A DNA stretch of 64,000 nt from an uncultured Chitinophagaceae bacterium (GTDB lineage: Bacteria > Bacteroidota > Bacteroidia > Chitinophagales > Chitinophagaceae), in assembly GCA_963847085.1 (NCBI GenBank), contig CAWJYO010000004.1, positions 38,636 through 102,635 of the forward strand. Direction: 5' to 3'. The notes beneath the pieces are model-generated. The model searched no databases, was not told where the DNA came from, and saw only the letters and a program-made list of their open reading frames with translations. Both the position numbers and the translations under genes were made by a program. Below, piece by piece: positions 44,146 to 53,433 of this stretch (position 1 is the first letter of the stretch; each line of letters starts with the position of its first letter).

Positions 44146-44328
44146 AGGTATCCACCACCGGAAATTCTGGATTGACACTACACCAACTGCACATTTCATG
44201 TTCACTTCCTAAAAGACGTCTTTGAAGATAAATAGTGACTATCTTCAATCAGGAATGTGTTTATCAATATTAATGATAATACATTTTCAAATTGACAAAC
44301 AATCAGTTTCCTACAAAAATTCAAGGCA

Positions 44329-47300
44329 ATGAAGCGTACATTTTCTTTATGCTGCAGCTTGATAATGGGTTTAACTATATCCAGCCATTTGCTATTTGCA
44401 CAAAGTAATGCATTAATTGATAATGACGCATATACCATCAGTAAAAGGTTTCTTTCTATCGAAGACGGGTTGGCATCTCACGAAGTGTTTTGTGGGTTAC
44501 AGGATAAAGTAGGTTTTCTTTGGTTTGGCACCCGCAATGGGCTGAACCGTTACGATGGAAAAAATTGTTTACTTTTTACCCATCAGCGAAATAACCTGCA
44601 GGATAATAAAGTAGTGCAATTGGCAAAAGATGATGCCAATAATCTTTTCATTGAATACGGTAACACAGGTTTTCAGCTCACTACCAACGATAAAGTGGAT
44701 GTAATGAATGCCATTACACAAGAAGTAAAAACGCTTACGGCTGCTTTTCCGAATATGCCTTTCAAAGAACAGAATGTTTATTGGATATCCAATGATGGCA
44801 CAGATGAAATCAACTTTCTTACTGCTTATCCTTTCAGGCTTTGGAAGTACTCAACCAAACACGGATTCAAACTCCGGTACGAAATTAAAGACTGGAGCAA
44901 GCAGAATGCTGAGGCTTTTGTTGATTATCGGAGTACAGGCCCATTCTGTATGTTCGCAAAGGGTAGAGCGCTGCTGAAAATATTCAACCAGTCCACGCAG
45001 TATTTAGTGTCCAAGGATACTGTGATTGCCTTTGTTCAAAAAGATGCGGTAAGATCGCTGCCCGTTGGTTTTACCAGCCAAAACGACCTTTTAATTGTTT
45101 ATATCACAACAACCGGAGGCAATACCTTTAATGTTGGAGCTATAACGGGCACTGGTAACAGTGAATTCCCTGCAACTATAGAAAAAATCAATACAGACAG
45201 TATAAAAGGAAAATACTGGTTCAGTGCTTCGGGTTCGCCCGATGGAGCATCCTGTATTTTTTATGATAAAATAGCACTTTATCTATGGAAGGAAAATTCG
45301 TTTTTAAAGATTGTTTCTAAATCGGAAATAAAAGATTTTGAAAATGTATTTATCTACCAGCTTTTTTCTGATAATTTTGGAAACCTTTGGCTTTGCACAT
45401 CACACGGAGTATTGCAGTTAAAGGTTGAGAGAAACCGTTTTAAACAATACTTTACAAGCAAACAACAAAATGCCCAACCCAATAGCCAGGCCCGTGGCAT
45501 TTATGCTGAAACCGGCAATGTACTGGCTAATATCTGGACACATACTTTCAGGCAGCAGGATGGAAGAATACAATACATAGCTGATTATGAAATTAAGTAC
45601 GCACTCATTAAACACCATACAGCTTTGTATTGTGGCGGCTACAATCTTTTTCGGTACGATGAAGTGAATAATAGGATTTCAATATACCCCGGAGGACAAG
45701 GCTCAGAAATATGGTCGATGTTTTCGCTTAATGACAGCCTGCTGTTGTTGGGAAGAACAAACGGCATCTTCTTATTTAACTCCAATACCCATCGCTTTGA
45801 TTCACTTTCTGCTGCAAATAAAAATACCCCGGAAGCAAAATTTGTTTACCGTTTTTTCAAAAGTAATGATGATAGCTTGTGGGGGGTGGCCGAAAATGGG
45901 TTGTATAAAATATTGATGGTTAATGGGCAATTGTCAATGGTCAATCATTCATCCTCTTTTATAAATGGTTTAAGTTTGCTGGATGCTTATGCTGATGCAA
46001 ACGGAATATTCTGGCTGGCCACCAATGGAGAAGGATTGTATCGTTGGAATAAGAAAGAGAATTCGTTTCAGCATTTCAATATCACTTCCGGTTTTCCTTC
46101 AGATGTTTTGTACCGGGTGGAACCAGATAATTATGATAATCTCTGGATCAGTTCAGATTATGGATTGATCCGTTTCAACAAAAAAACATTTGCTGTAAAT
46201 ACCTACACTACCGGTGACGGTATTTCAAACAATGAATTCAATAGAACATCTTCATTCAGGGCCAAAGACGGCAGATTATTTTTTGGTGGATTAGATGGCG
46301 TGAATGCTTTTAACCCAAACGATTTTATTACGGATACCAATACATTGAATGTGCCGTTGCGTATCATTTCTTTCAATCAGTTTGTTGGCTCACAAAATGA
46401 ACTGGTTAATAAAACAAATGAGTTGTTGAATACTTTTCAAATTACGCTGGCACCAACCGATCAATTTTTTACACTAGAATTTCAATTGCTGGATTTTGCA
46501 AAAGACGAAGTACACCACTATGCATCTCAAATTCAAGGCGCAGATAAAAGCTGGAACTATATCAATGAAAATTCTATTCGGATCAGCGGATTGCCTTATG
46601 GCAAATTTACCCTGCGTATTAAAGCACAAAACCGTGAAGGCGCATGGAGCAAAAGCGAATTGATTATTCCAGTGATTGTTTTAAAACCATTTTATCTTAA
46701 ATGGTGGTTCATTACGTTATTGGTTTTATTATTTACAGTGGCAGTTTATCTGATAATAAAATTAAGAACAAAACAATTAGCCGCTGATAAAAACAAATTA
46801 GAGAAGCTGGTGAATAAAAGGACTGTTCAGTTAAAAAAATCATTATCAGCGCAGGCAGAATTGCTTACAGAGAAAGATGTATTGATGAAAGAAATTCATC
46901 ATCGCGTAAAAAATAATTTGCAGGTTATTTCGGGTTTGCTGGAATTGCAGAGCAAAAGCCTGAATGACGAAACCGCTAGAGGTGCATTATTAGAAGGACG
47001 AAACCGCATAAAAAGTATGTCCCTTATACACCAAAATCTTTACCAGTTTGAAAACATCAGTACGATTGAGTTAAAACAATTTGTAAATGATCTGTGCAGG
47101 CAGGTAGAAAGTGCATTTCAGAAAATAAATAATGTGGTGATGAATATCGAGGTGCCTAACTTGAACTTAGATATTGACACCGCTATTCCGCTTGGCTTGA
47201 TCATGAATGAGCTATTGTCTAATTCCTTTAAGTATGCATTTAACGATGTTATATCCGGAGCGATAAACATTGGAATCTATAACCAGGCAGTAGGAAAATA

Positions 47301-47493
47301 TACATTGGTTTATTCCGATAACGGTCCCGGGTTGCCTGGCAGGTTTGAGGTAAGTATGACAACAACGCTGGGCATACAATTGATCAATGACCTGAGCCGG
47401 CAAATAGGAGGAACCGTAAAATATGAAAATAAAAATGGGGCCGTATTTACGATTAATTTTACCAACCGCAGCCTGCGAAAAAATGAGGACTAA
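44329..47493 (+). CDS. Sensor histidine kinase with beta-propeller/Y_Y_Y periplasmic region and HisKA_2 kinase
   Basis: GFLWFGTRNGLNRYDG repeats, LPYGKFTLRIKAQN, TM, EIHHRVKNNLQ, NELLSNSFKYAF and DNGPG motifs. Confidence 0.92.
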   Translation: MKRTFSLCCSLIMGLTISSHLLFAQSNALIDNDAYTISKRFLSIEDGLASHEVFCGLQDKVGFLWFGTRNGLNRYDGKNCLLFTHQRNNLQDNKVVQLAKDDANNLFIEYGNTGFQLTTNDKVDVMNAITQEVKTLTAAFPNMPFKEQNVYWISNDGTDEINFLTAYPFRLWKYSTKHGFKLRYEIKDWSKQNAEAFVDYRSTGPFCMFAKGRALLKIFNQSTQYLVSKDTVIAFVQKDAVRSLPVGFTSQNDLLIVYITTTGGNTFNVGAITGTGNSEFPATIEKINTDSIKGKYWFSASGSPDGASCIFYDKIALYLWKENSFLKIVSKSEIKDFENVFIYQLFSDNFGNLWLCTSHGVLQLKVERNRFKQYFTSKQQNAQPNSQARGIYAETGNVLANIWTHTFRQQDGRIQYIADYEIKYALIKHHTALYCGGYNLFRYDEVNNRISIYPGGQGSEIWSMFSLNDSLLLLGRTNGIFLFNSNTHRFDSLSAANKNTPEAKFVYRFFKSNDDSLWGVAENGLYKILMVNGQLSMVNHSSSFINGLSLLDAYADANGIFWLATNGEGLYRWNKKENSFQHFNITSGFPSDVLYRVEPDNYDNLWISSDYGLIRFNKKTFAVNTYTTGDGISNNEFNRTSSFRAKDGRLFFGGLDGVNAFNPNDFITDTNTLNVPLRIISFNQFVGSQNELVNKTNELLNTFQITLAPTDQFFTLEFQLLDFAKDEVHHYASQIQGADKSWNYINENSIRISGLPYGKFTLRIKAQNREGAWSKSELIIPVIVLKPFYLKWWFITLLVLLFTVAVYLIIKLRTKQLAADKNKLEKLVNKRTVQLKKSLSAQAELLTEKDVLMKEIHHRVKNNLQVISGLLELQSKSLNDETARGALLEGRNRIKSMSLIHQNLYQFENISTIELKQFVNDLCRQVESAFQKINNVVMNIEVPNLNLDIDTAIPLGLIMNELLSNSFKYAFNDVISGAINIGIYNQAVGKYTLVYSDNGPGLPGRFEVSMTTTLGIQLINDLSRQIGGTVKYENKNGAVFTINFTNRSLRKNED

Positions 47494-47498
47494 AACTT

Positions 47499-48239
47499 AT
47501 GTCTGTTTTAAAAATTGGAATTGTAGAGGATGAGCTTGTAATAGCCCGCACTATTGTAAGCACTCTTGATGAGTTGGGCTACGCCCATTTGGGGCCTGCG
47601 ATAAATTATACAGAGGCAATGGAAATGCTTGAAAATGACAAACCCGATTTGTTATTGCTCGACATTCAGTTGTCAGGAAAAAAAGATGGTATTGATTTGG
47701 CTCAAAAAATTAATGAGCTTTACCAAATTCCATTCATTTTTTTAACAGCTTACAGTGATGCTGAAACCATAGACCGTGCAAAAAAAGTAAAACCACATGC
47801 TTATATTGTTAAGCCTTTTGCTAAAGATGAATTATTTGCTGCAATTGAAATTGCAGTCAGCAATTTTACCGGCAATCGTTCTCATGTGAAGTCAGATCAG
47901 GCAACTTCTTATTACATCAAAGATTATATGTTTGTAAGAGATGGCTATGTTTTTAGAAAAATATTTTTAAATGAACTATTATACCTGGAGAGCGATGCCA
48001 ATTATATTATCCTTCATCTTAAATCACAAAAGAAAGTGATGGTAAGATCTACGCTCAATGATTTTATTGAAGAGATTAATCAAAAAAATTTCATTCGTGT
48101 CCATCGCAGCTATTCTGTAAACATCAATATGATTGATGATATTTTTCCTACTGAGATTTCGATTACCGGAATTAAAATTCCTGTTGGCAAATCGTTCAGG
48201 GAAGACCTTTATAAAACTCTTGGCATAAAGGAGCATTAA
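47499..48239 (+). CDS. LytTR-family response regulator
   Basis: REC domain (VEDE, LLDIQL, FLTAYSD, VKPF) and LytTR FIRVHRSYSVN. Confidence 0.92.
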   Translation: MSVLKIGIVEDELVIARTIVSTLDELGYAHLGPAINYTEAMEMLENDKPDLLLLDIQLSGKKDGIDLAQKINELYQIPFIFLTAYSDAETIDRAKKVKPHAYIVKPFAKDELFAAIEIAVSNFTGNRSHVKSDQATSYYIKDYMFVRDGYVFRKIFLNELLYLESDANYIILHLKSQKKVMVRSTLNDFIEEINQKNFIRVHRSYSVNINMIDDIFPTEISITGIKIPVGKSFREDLYKTLGIKEH

Positions 48240-48283
48240 CCATTTTCCGGCGCTGCCGTTTCTTTCTTCACAAACCAGCTATT

Positions 48284-48349
48284 ATTCATCCCTAACCAAA
48301 CACATTCATCCCTTTTGTTTTGCAAGCTTCTTTTGCATCTACATCTTTG
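48284..48349 (+). promoter_or_regulatory. Putative LytTR-bound direct repeats upstream of a -33/-7 promoter
   Basis: ATTCATCCCT at 48284 and 48304; TTTG (48319-22), 19-bp gap, then CATCTTTG (48342-49). Confidence 0.55.
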
Positions 48350-48357
48350 CTCTCGTT

Positions 48358-48554
48358 ATGGCATTATTGGATTTAGAAAAGATCATCATCAAGCGCACTA
48401 TCCTGGGTATCCGCTGCACATCTTGTGGAGGCAACCTGGTAATTGTTAAAAAAAAAGCATTCCCGGCAGGATGATAAACCTGATTTCTTTTGGAACGATA
48501 AAACCAAAACATTATGAATGCGAAAACTGTAAAAAGAGGCACCTATTATTATAG
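48358..48554 (+). CDS. small zinc-ribbon-like protein (frameshift in A9 run; absent from ORF track)
   Basis: MALLDLEK...RCTSCGG...[A9]...HYECENCKKRHLLL-stop; two CxxC motifs. Confidence 0.5.
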
Positions 48555-48602
48555 CAACGGTTTATTCTTCATTATTATAAAAACTATCAAAAAACAGAAA
48601 AC

Positions 48603-49277
48603 ATGAGTATCAGATTAGGCGACATCGCTCCGGACTTTCAGGCCGAAACCACACAGGGCACGATTCATTTTCACAAGTGGATTGCCGACGGTTGGGCCAT
48701 CCTCTTTTCTCACCCAAAAGATTTTACACCGGTTTGCACTACCGAGCTTGGTTACATGGCAAAACTGGAGCCCGAGTTTCAGCAAAGGAATTGTAAGGTT
48801 ATTGGCCTCAGTGTAGACCCTGTTGAGAGTCATTTAAAATGGGAAAAAGATATTGAAGAAACGCAGGGTTATGCAATAAGCTATCCTATGATTGGCGATC
48901 CAACACTTGCTATTGCAAAGTTGTATGATATGCTACCTGCAGAAGAGCCGGGCACTTCAGAAGGCAGAACGGCAGCCACTAACCATACGGTGCGTTCTGT
49001 TTTTGTGATTGGGCCTGATAAAAAAATAAAACTTTATCTTACTTATCCGATGACAACCGGGCGCAACTTTGATGAAATACTTCGTGTACTTGATTCTATG
49101 CAGTTAACAGCAGCCTACAAAGTAGCAACGCCGGTAAACTGGAACTACGGCGAAGATGTGATCATTGTTCCTGCAGTATCAGATGCTGAAGCAAAAGAGA
49201 AATATCCGGAGGGTTGGAAAACAATTAAGCCTTATCTGCGCTTTGTTGCCCAACCTGGCGAACAACTCGTAATGTAG
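48603..49277 (+). CDS. 1-Cys peroxiredoxin (Prx6 subfamily)
   Basis: FSHPKDFTPVCTTE, YPMTTGRNFDE and VATPVNW motifs. Confidence 0.93.
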   Translation: MSIRLGDIAPDFQAETTQGTIHFHKWIADGWAILFSHPKDFTPVCTTELGYMAKLEPEFQQRNCKVIGLSVDPVESHLKWEKDIEETQGYAISYPMIGDPTLAIAKLYDMLPAEEPGTSEGRTAATNHTVRSVFVIGPDKKIKLYLTYPMTTGRNFDEILRVLDSMQLTAAYKVATPVNWNYGEDVIIVPAVSDAEAKEKYPEGWKTIKPYLRFVAQPGEQLVM

Positions 49278-49339
49278 AATATCATCTACTCATAAGCGTA
49301 AGAGTATTCTTAGGCTTATGAGTCTTTAAAAAAATAATT

Positions 49340-49552
49340 ATGAGCGCTTCAAAATCAATGCGTGCGTGGTTTGCCTTTATAGCCATCATCTTGTGGGGAG
49401 GCATTTATCTTACTGGTTTTTCCAATGTAAACTGGTTACTGTATGTGCCTGAGGCCGGTTTTATTTTTTCAGCTATCACAGGTATTTGTTTGCCCCAGAT
49501 TTTTATTTTAAGAATGTTTAGTTTTAGAATAAAGCAAACTTCAAATCAATAG
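49340..49552 (+). CDS. small two-TM membrane protein, DUF2892/YgaP-like
   Basis: 70 aa, two TM helices ending in AITGIC.P. Confidence 0.55.
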   Translation: MSASKSMRAWFAFIAIILWGGIYLTGFSNVNWLLYVPEAGFIFSAITGICLPQIFILRMFSFRIKQTSNQ

Positions 49553-49611
49553 TGTAAGAAATGTACCGAAAGTATTTATCATTTTCAGGTGCTATAAATA
49601 AAAATATACAA

Positions 49612-50748
49612 ATGAAATTACGCGTAATAGTTTTAGGTGCAGGTTTTGGAGGATTGGAATTGAGCTCCGTACTTTCTGAAACAATCGGAGACAATCTTGA
49701 TCTTACGTTGATAGATCAAAATGATTCATTTTATTTTGGCTTTTCAAAGCTGGATGTCATGTTTGGGCGCAAGTCGCCGGATGCTGTTAAAATCTCCTAC
49801 AGTAGTATCATAATGGCAGGCGTACAATTCCTTAAAGAAAGGATTACCGCTATTGACCCAGTAAAGAAAATTGTTACCACACAAAACGGCGTATATGAGG
49901 CCGATGTATTAGTAGTAGCGCTGGGCGCTAATTACGACATTCCGGCAACACCGGGGCTTGCAGCATGCGGCAACGAATACTATTCTTTTGAGGGTGCAGA
50001 AAAATTGAGAGAAGTGATTCCCACATTTACAAGAGGCCACGCCATTGTTGGTGTATGTGGTGCGCCATTCAAATGTCCGCCGGCACCCAGTGAAGCTGCT
50101 TTAATGTTGCACGATTATCTCACTAACGCAGGAGTGCGTGATGCCTGCACCATAAGCCTCATAATCCCATACGGTTCGCCTATTCCTCCTTCTCCTGATT
50201 CATCGAAAGCATTGATCGGAGCTTTTGAAGAACGAAATATTCAATTCATTCCGCAACGGAAAGTAAGTTCGCTTGATACAGCCAAAAAAGTGGCTATTCT
50301 TGATGATGGAACATCAATACCGTTTGATCTATTCCTCGGTATTCCAAAACATGTTGCACCGGATGTAGTACTGCAAAGCGGCATGGCTGAGAATGGCTGG
50401 ATCCCGGTTGACAGAGCAAACTTGTTGACAAAGTTTCCAAATGTATATGCTATTGGTGATGTAACCAGCGTGGGAACACCAAAGGCAGGTGTATTTGCAG
50501 AAGGCGCCGCAAAAATTGCCGCAGCTTCTATTATTGCAGTATTTAATGGGGCGAAGAACAATGCAACCTATACAGGTGCAGGTTCCTGCTATATTGAGTT
50601 TGGCAAGGGTGAAGTTGGTCGTGTTGATGTTGATTTCTTCTCCGGCCCAAAACCTTTTGGAATTCATCATGACGCTTCAGCAGCTATGATGGCTGATAAA
50701 GAAAATTTTGGTTCAAGTCGTAAAGCCCGTTGGTTTAGTATAGCGTAA
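49612..50748 (+). CDS. Sulfide:quinone oxidoreductase-like flavoprotein
   Basis: GAGFGG, KCPPAPSE, VYAIGDV, PKAGVFAE and CYIEFG motifs. Confidence 0.75.
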   Translation: MKLRVIVLGAGFGGLELSSVLSETIGDNLDLTLIDQNDSFYFGFSKLDVMFGRKSPDAVKISYSSIIMAGVQFLKERITAIDPVKKIVTTQNGVYEADVLVVALGANYDIPATPGLAACGNEYYSFEGAEKLREVIPTFTRGHAIVGVCGAPFKCPPAPSEAALMLHDYLTNAGVRDACTISLIIPYGSPIPPSPDSSKALIGAFEERNIQFIPQRKVSSLDTAKKVAILDDGTSIPFDLFLGIPKHVAPDVVLQSGMAENGWIPVDRANLLTKFPNVYAIGDVTSVGTPKAGVFAEGAAKIAAASIIAVFNGAKNNATYTGAGSCYIEFGKGEVGRVDVDFFSGPKPFGIHHDASAAMMADKENFGSSRKARWFSIA

Positions 50749-50816
50749 AACATCGAAAATTTTTAATACAAAATTTCAATGAACACAATAATCAATCTCA
50801 AATTAAATCTAAATAA

Positions 50817-51095
50817 ATGACAACTTATTTAATTGAAATTCCTCATTCAGAAAATACTTTTGAGTGCCAGCAGATTATCAAATTGTTTGTAGAATCTGGT
50901 TCGCATTTATTGGCGAATGCGCATTGGGGTTGTAAATCCGGGGTCCATAAATCGTGGTTTATCAGCGATTTTAACAACAAAGGAGAAGCGCTTCAAATTG
51001 TACCACCCTTCTTAAGGCATAGCGCCAACATTATTGAATTAATAAAATTCAATAAAAATGATATTATGCAATTTGCCAACGCTGCTAAGGTGTAA
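50817..51095 (+). CDS. hypothetical protein with clustered His/Cys residues
   Basis: 92 aa, PH..EC...AHWGCKSGVH. Confidence 0.6.
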   Translation: MTTYLIEIPHSENTFECQQIIKLFVESGSHLLANAHWGCKSGVHKSWFISDFNNKGEALQIVPPFLRHSANIIELIKFNKNDIMQFANAAKV

Positions 51096-51332
51096 GTAAA
51101 TTTTTTAATAAGTTAAGCCAATCATCTGGTTTATGGGTTCGTTTAAGTTTTCAGAAAATAATTGATTCCTATCTAACAATTAAGAAATATGGAGTGCAAT
51201 AATTCTGTAATCTAAAAATAATTTAAAATGTTTTCTACTAATTAACCCAAGTTGTTAGTTAAAAAGAAGCATCGATAAAGAATAATTTTGATTTACCTGA
51301 GGTGTATCGATTTTGACGGACAGTAAAGTTGC

Positions 51333-52204
51333 CTAGGTTTTGTAAAAATAGTAGTTCTTTTCAAAGTTATTGGGACATTCGTAGTTCAGGGATGAATGCC
51401 TTCGTTTTGTGTTGTCATACATTTCTATATATTCAAAGATTTCTGTTTGTGCATCCTGCAGGTTTTCAAAAGCACCGTCTTGCAGCAGTTCCGTTTTGAA
51501 GCGGCTAAAGCAGGATTGCATAAAGGCATTATCATACGGATTATCACCCCAGCTCATACTCTGCAACAGCTTCTTTGAATCAACCAGCTTTCTAAACTTA
51601 CTCCCTGCATACTGACCGCCACGGTCAGTATGCACAATCAATTCTTCTGTAACCCTTCGGCTTTTCAATGCTTTTTTCAATGCTGTTACAACGAGTTCTT
51701 CTTTCATATTATCATCCAAGAGCCAGCCAATTATTTTTCTTGAATACAGATCCATCCATACCGCCAGGTAGCGTAAACGCCACCCGCCAGAGGGATATAA
51801 GTGATGTCACCTACCCACACTTCATCCGGTCTTGAGGGCAAAGGGTGCTCCAAGAGCAGGTTCGGACTGATGGGGTAAGGATGGCGGCTTTCGGTTGTTA
51901 TCGGTACAAAGCTGCGGGGCTGTATAGCTTGTAAGCCCTGCTCCCTGAGTACTTTACGCACCTTGTAGGCGCCAGCTTTTCCCCTTCCTGTCCTTTTCAG
52001 CTCTGCGCTTATTCTGCGCACACCGTAGCGCCTGCGATGCTGATGAAAGATGCGGATGATCGTTTGTTCCATTTCTTTTTTCTTTTGGTCAGCCTTGTTT
52101 TTCTTCTTCTGCCATCTATAATAAGCACTGCGGCTTACGCGGAGCACCCGGCATAACTTCTGTACCGGATAGTGTTCTGCATGAGTTTCCACAAAGCTGT
52201 ACAA
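51333..52204 (-). CDS. IS3 transposase OrfB (DDE; split by a frameshift near 51770)
   Basis: WVGDITYI, DLYSRKIIGW, HTDRGGQY and DNAFMQS; Q stands where the third catalytic E is expected. Confidence 0.85.
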
Positions 52205-52209
52205 CTGCT

Positions 52210-52524
52210 TTACGTCTGCCGGCTGAAAATAAGCGAGGCTTTTTTTAAAATATCACGCTCCCCCTCCAACTCCCTGATGCGTTTTAACAGCGCCTGCTGG
52301 TCTTCTTGTGTTACAGTAATCGGGCTGTTCTCCTTACCAACTGTAGCTGGCTGTTGGCTGCTGTTCAGGCTGTGGCTTTTCCACTTGTAAATCAGGTTTT
52401 CACTAATGCCCAGGCTTTGAGCTATCTCGCTCGCCGGACGACCGGCAGCAATCCTTCCCAAGACCTCTTCCTTAAACGAAGCATCGTACTTGCGGCGCCT
52501 CACGCCTGTGTTTTTCTCTTTCAT
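52210..52524 (-). CDS. IS3 transposase OrfA (HTH)
   Basis: RRKYDASFK...IAQSLGISENLIYKW...ERDILKKA. Confidence 0.88.
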   Translation of the reverse strand: MKEKNTGVRRRKYDASFKEEVLGRIAAGRPASEIAQSLGISENLIYKWKSHSLNSSQQPATVGKENSPITVTQEDQQALLKRIRELEGERDILKKASLIFSRQT

Positions 52525-52654
52525 CTGTGTTGCTGATTTAGGCAACTTTACTGTCCGTATTTATTAGAGCATCTCAGATTACTTCTCCGCATACAGTTAC
52601 CTTCTTACCAACGCTGTCTTTCGCTTGTTCGGGTGTTATGGTTTGAGAATTGCT

Positions 52655-53182
52655 TTAATTGAAAATAAATCCGAATTGTACATTGGCTCCGATGGAAGCC
52701 GGAGCATTATTTCCAAAGCGGGCAGGGGCTGATAATGCCAGAAAGTAATTGACCGCTTTGGTTCTTACCAGGATTTTGTTGAACACCGGAGTAAAACCAT
52801 ATCTGCCGGAAGTTTCAAAAGCAAGGCGGGTAATAATGGTAAAGCCATGTCTAAAACGAAACATAGGGCCGGGATCAAAAAGAATATTGCTCGTTTTGTC
52901 AATTTTATTACTGCCGGTTCCCGATTTAATAGTTGGCGTGATTTCGTAACTAAAACCGAAACGATCCGAATACAGTATGTTAACGCCTACGGGGAAGCCA
53001 ATTGAGGTTGTATGAGTAAAATTGGTAGTAGTACTGCTTTTATCAATCGTAACCACGGGAACAATAAAGCTTAAATAGCCCACTACCTTTGGATACTTAG
53101 GTTTTGCTGAGTCGGTTTGGGAAAAAGCCGTTTCATTTACTGCAAGGATAAGACTTAGGCTGATGAGTAGCATCCACTTCAT
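52655..53182 (-). CDS. hypothetical exported protein, possibly a small outer-membrane beta-barrel
   Basis: Signal peptide, alternating beta-strand pattern, C-terminal FGFIFN. Confidence 0.6.
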   Translation of the reverse strand: MKWMLLISLSLILAVNETAFSQTDSAKPKYPKVVGYLSFIVPVVTIDKSSTTTNFTHTTSIGFPVGVNILYSDRFGFSYEITPTIKSGTGSNKIDKTSNILFDPGPMFRFRHGFTIITRLAFETSGRYGFTPVFNKILVRTKAVNYFLALSAPARFGNNAPASIGANVQFGFIFN

Positions 53183-53433
53183 TCGAGTTTGTTTTTGTGC
53201 CACTTTGATGCAAAATGTAAACCAATTGCAATGGGTGAAGTAAAGGAAAGAAAGCTAGGTTAATAGGTGTTTCATGACGACCTGGCTTTATTTGGTTATC
53301 TTGAAAGCTTAGTGATAGTGGAATGCATTAAAAGATACTTATCAATGCTTTTACGGCTGTATTGAAAGGCATTCCCATTAGGAGTAGAAAAGTTGATTAC
53401 TCCGTCTTTCATTTTTGTTAGTCACTTTACTAC

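Larger units (their letters stand above)
51298..52576 (-). mobile_element. IS3-family insertion sequence
   Basis: 38-bp imperfect IRs with TG...CA ends and a shared core ACGGACAGTAAAGTTGCCTA; 1279 bp; orfA/orfB with an A7G slippery site at ~52239-52246. Confidence 0.92.
39947..53430. mobile_element. Putative tRNA-Ser-anchored genomic island (right boundary uncertain, could extend to ~62440)
   Basis: tRNA followed by an integrase and accessory cargo (CRISPR remnant, IS3, orphan genes); no clear attR core found. Confidence 0.55.

Noticed and set aside
43943-44248. 101-aa ORF with repeated CDLLSTLVLLH peptide
   Set aside because: It is the translation of the CRISPR repeats, not a gene.
52584-52590. 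TCTCCGC next to the IS3 end as attR copy of the tRNA-Ser 3' end
   Set aside because: Only 7 bp match, which is expected by chance.
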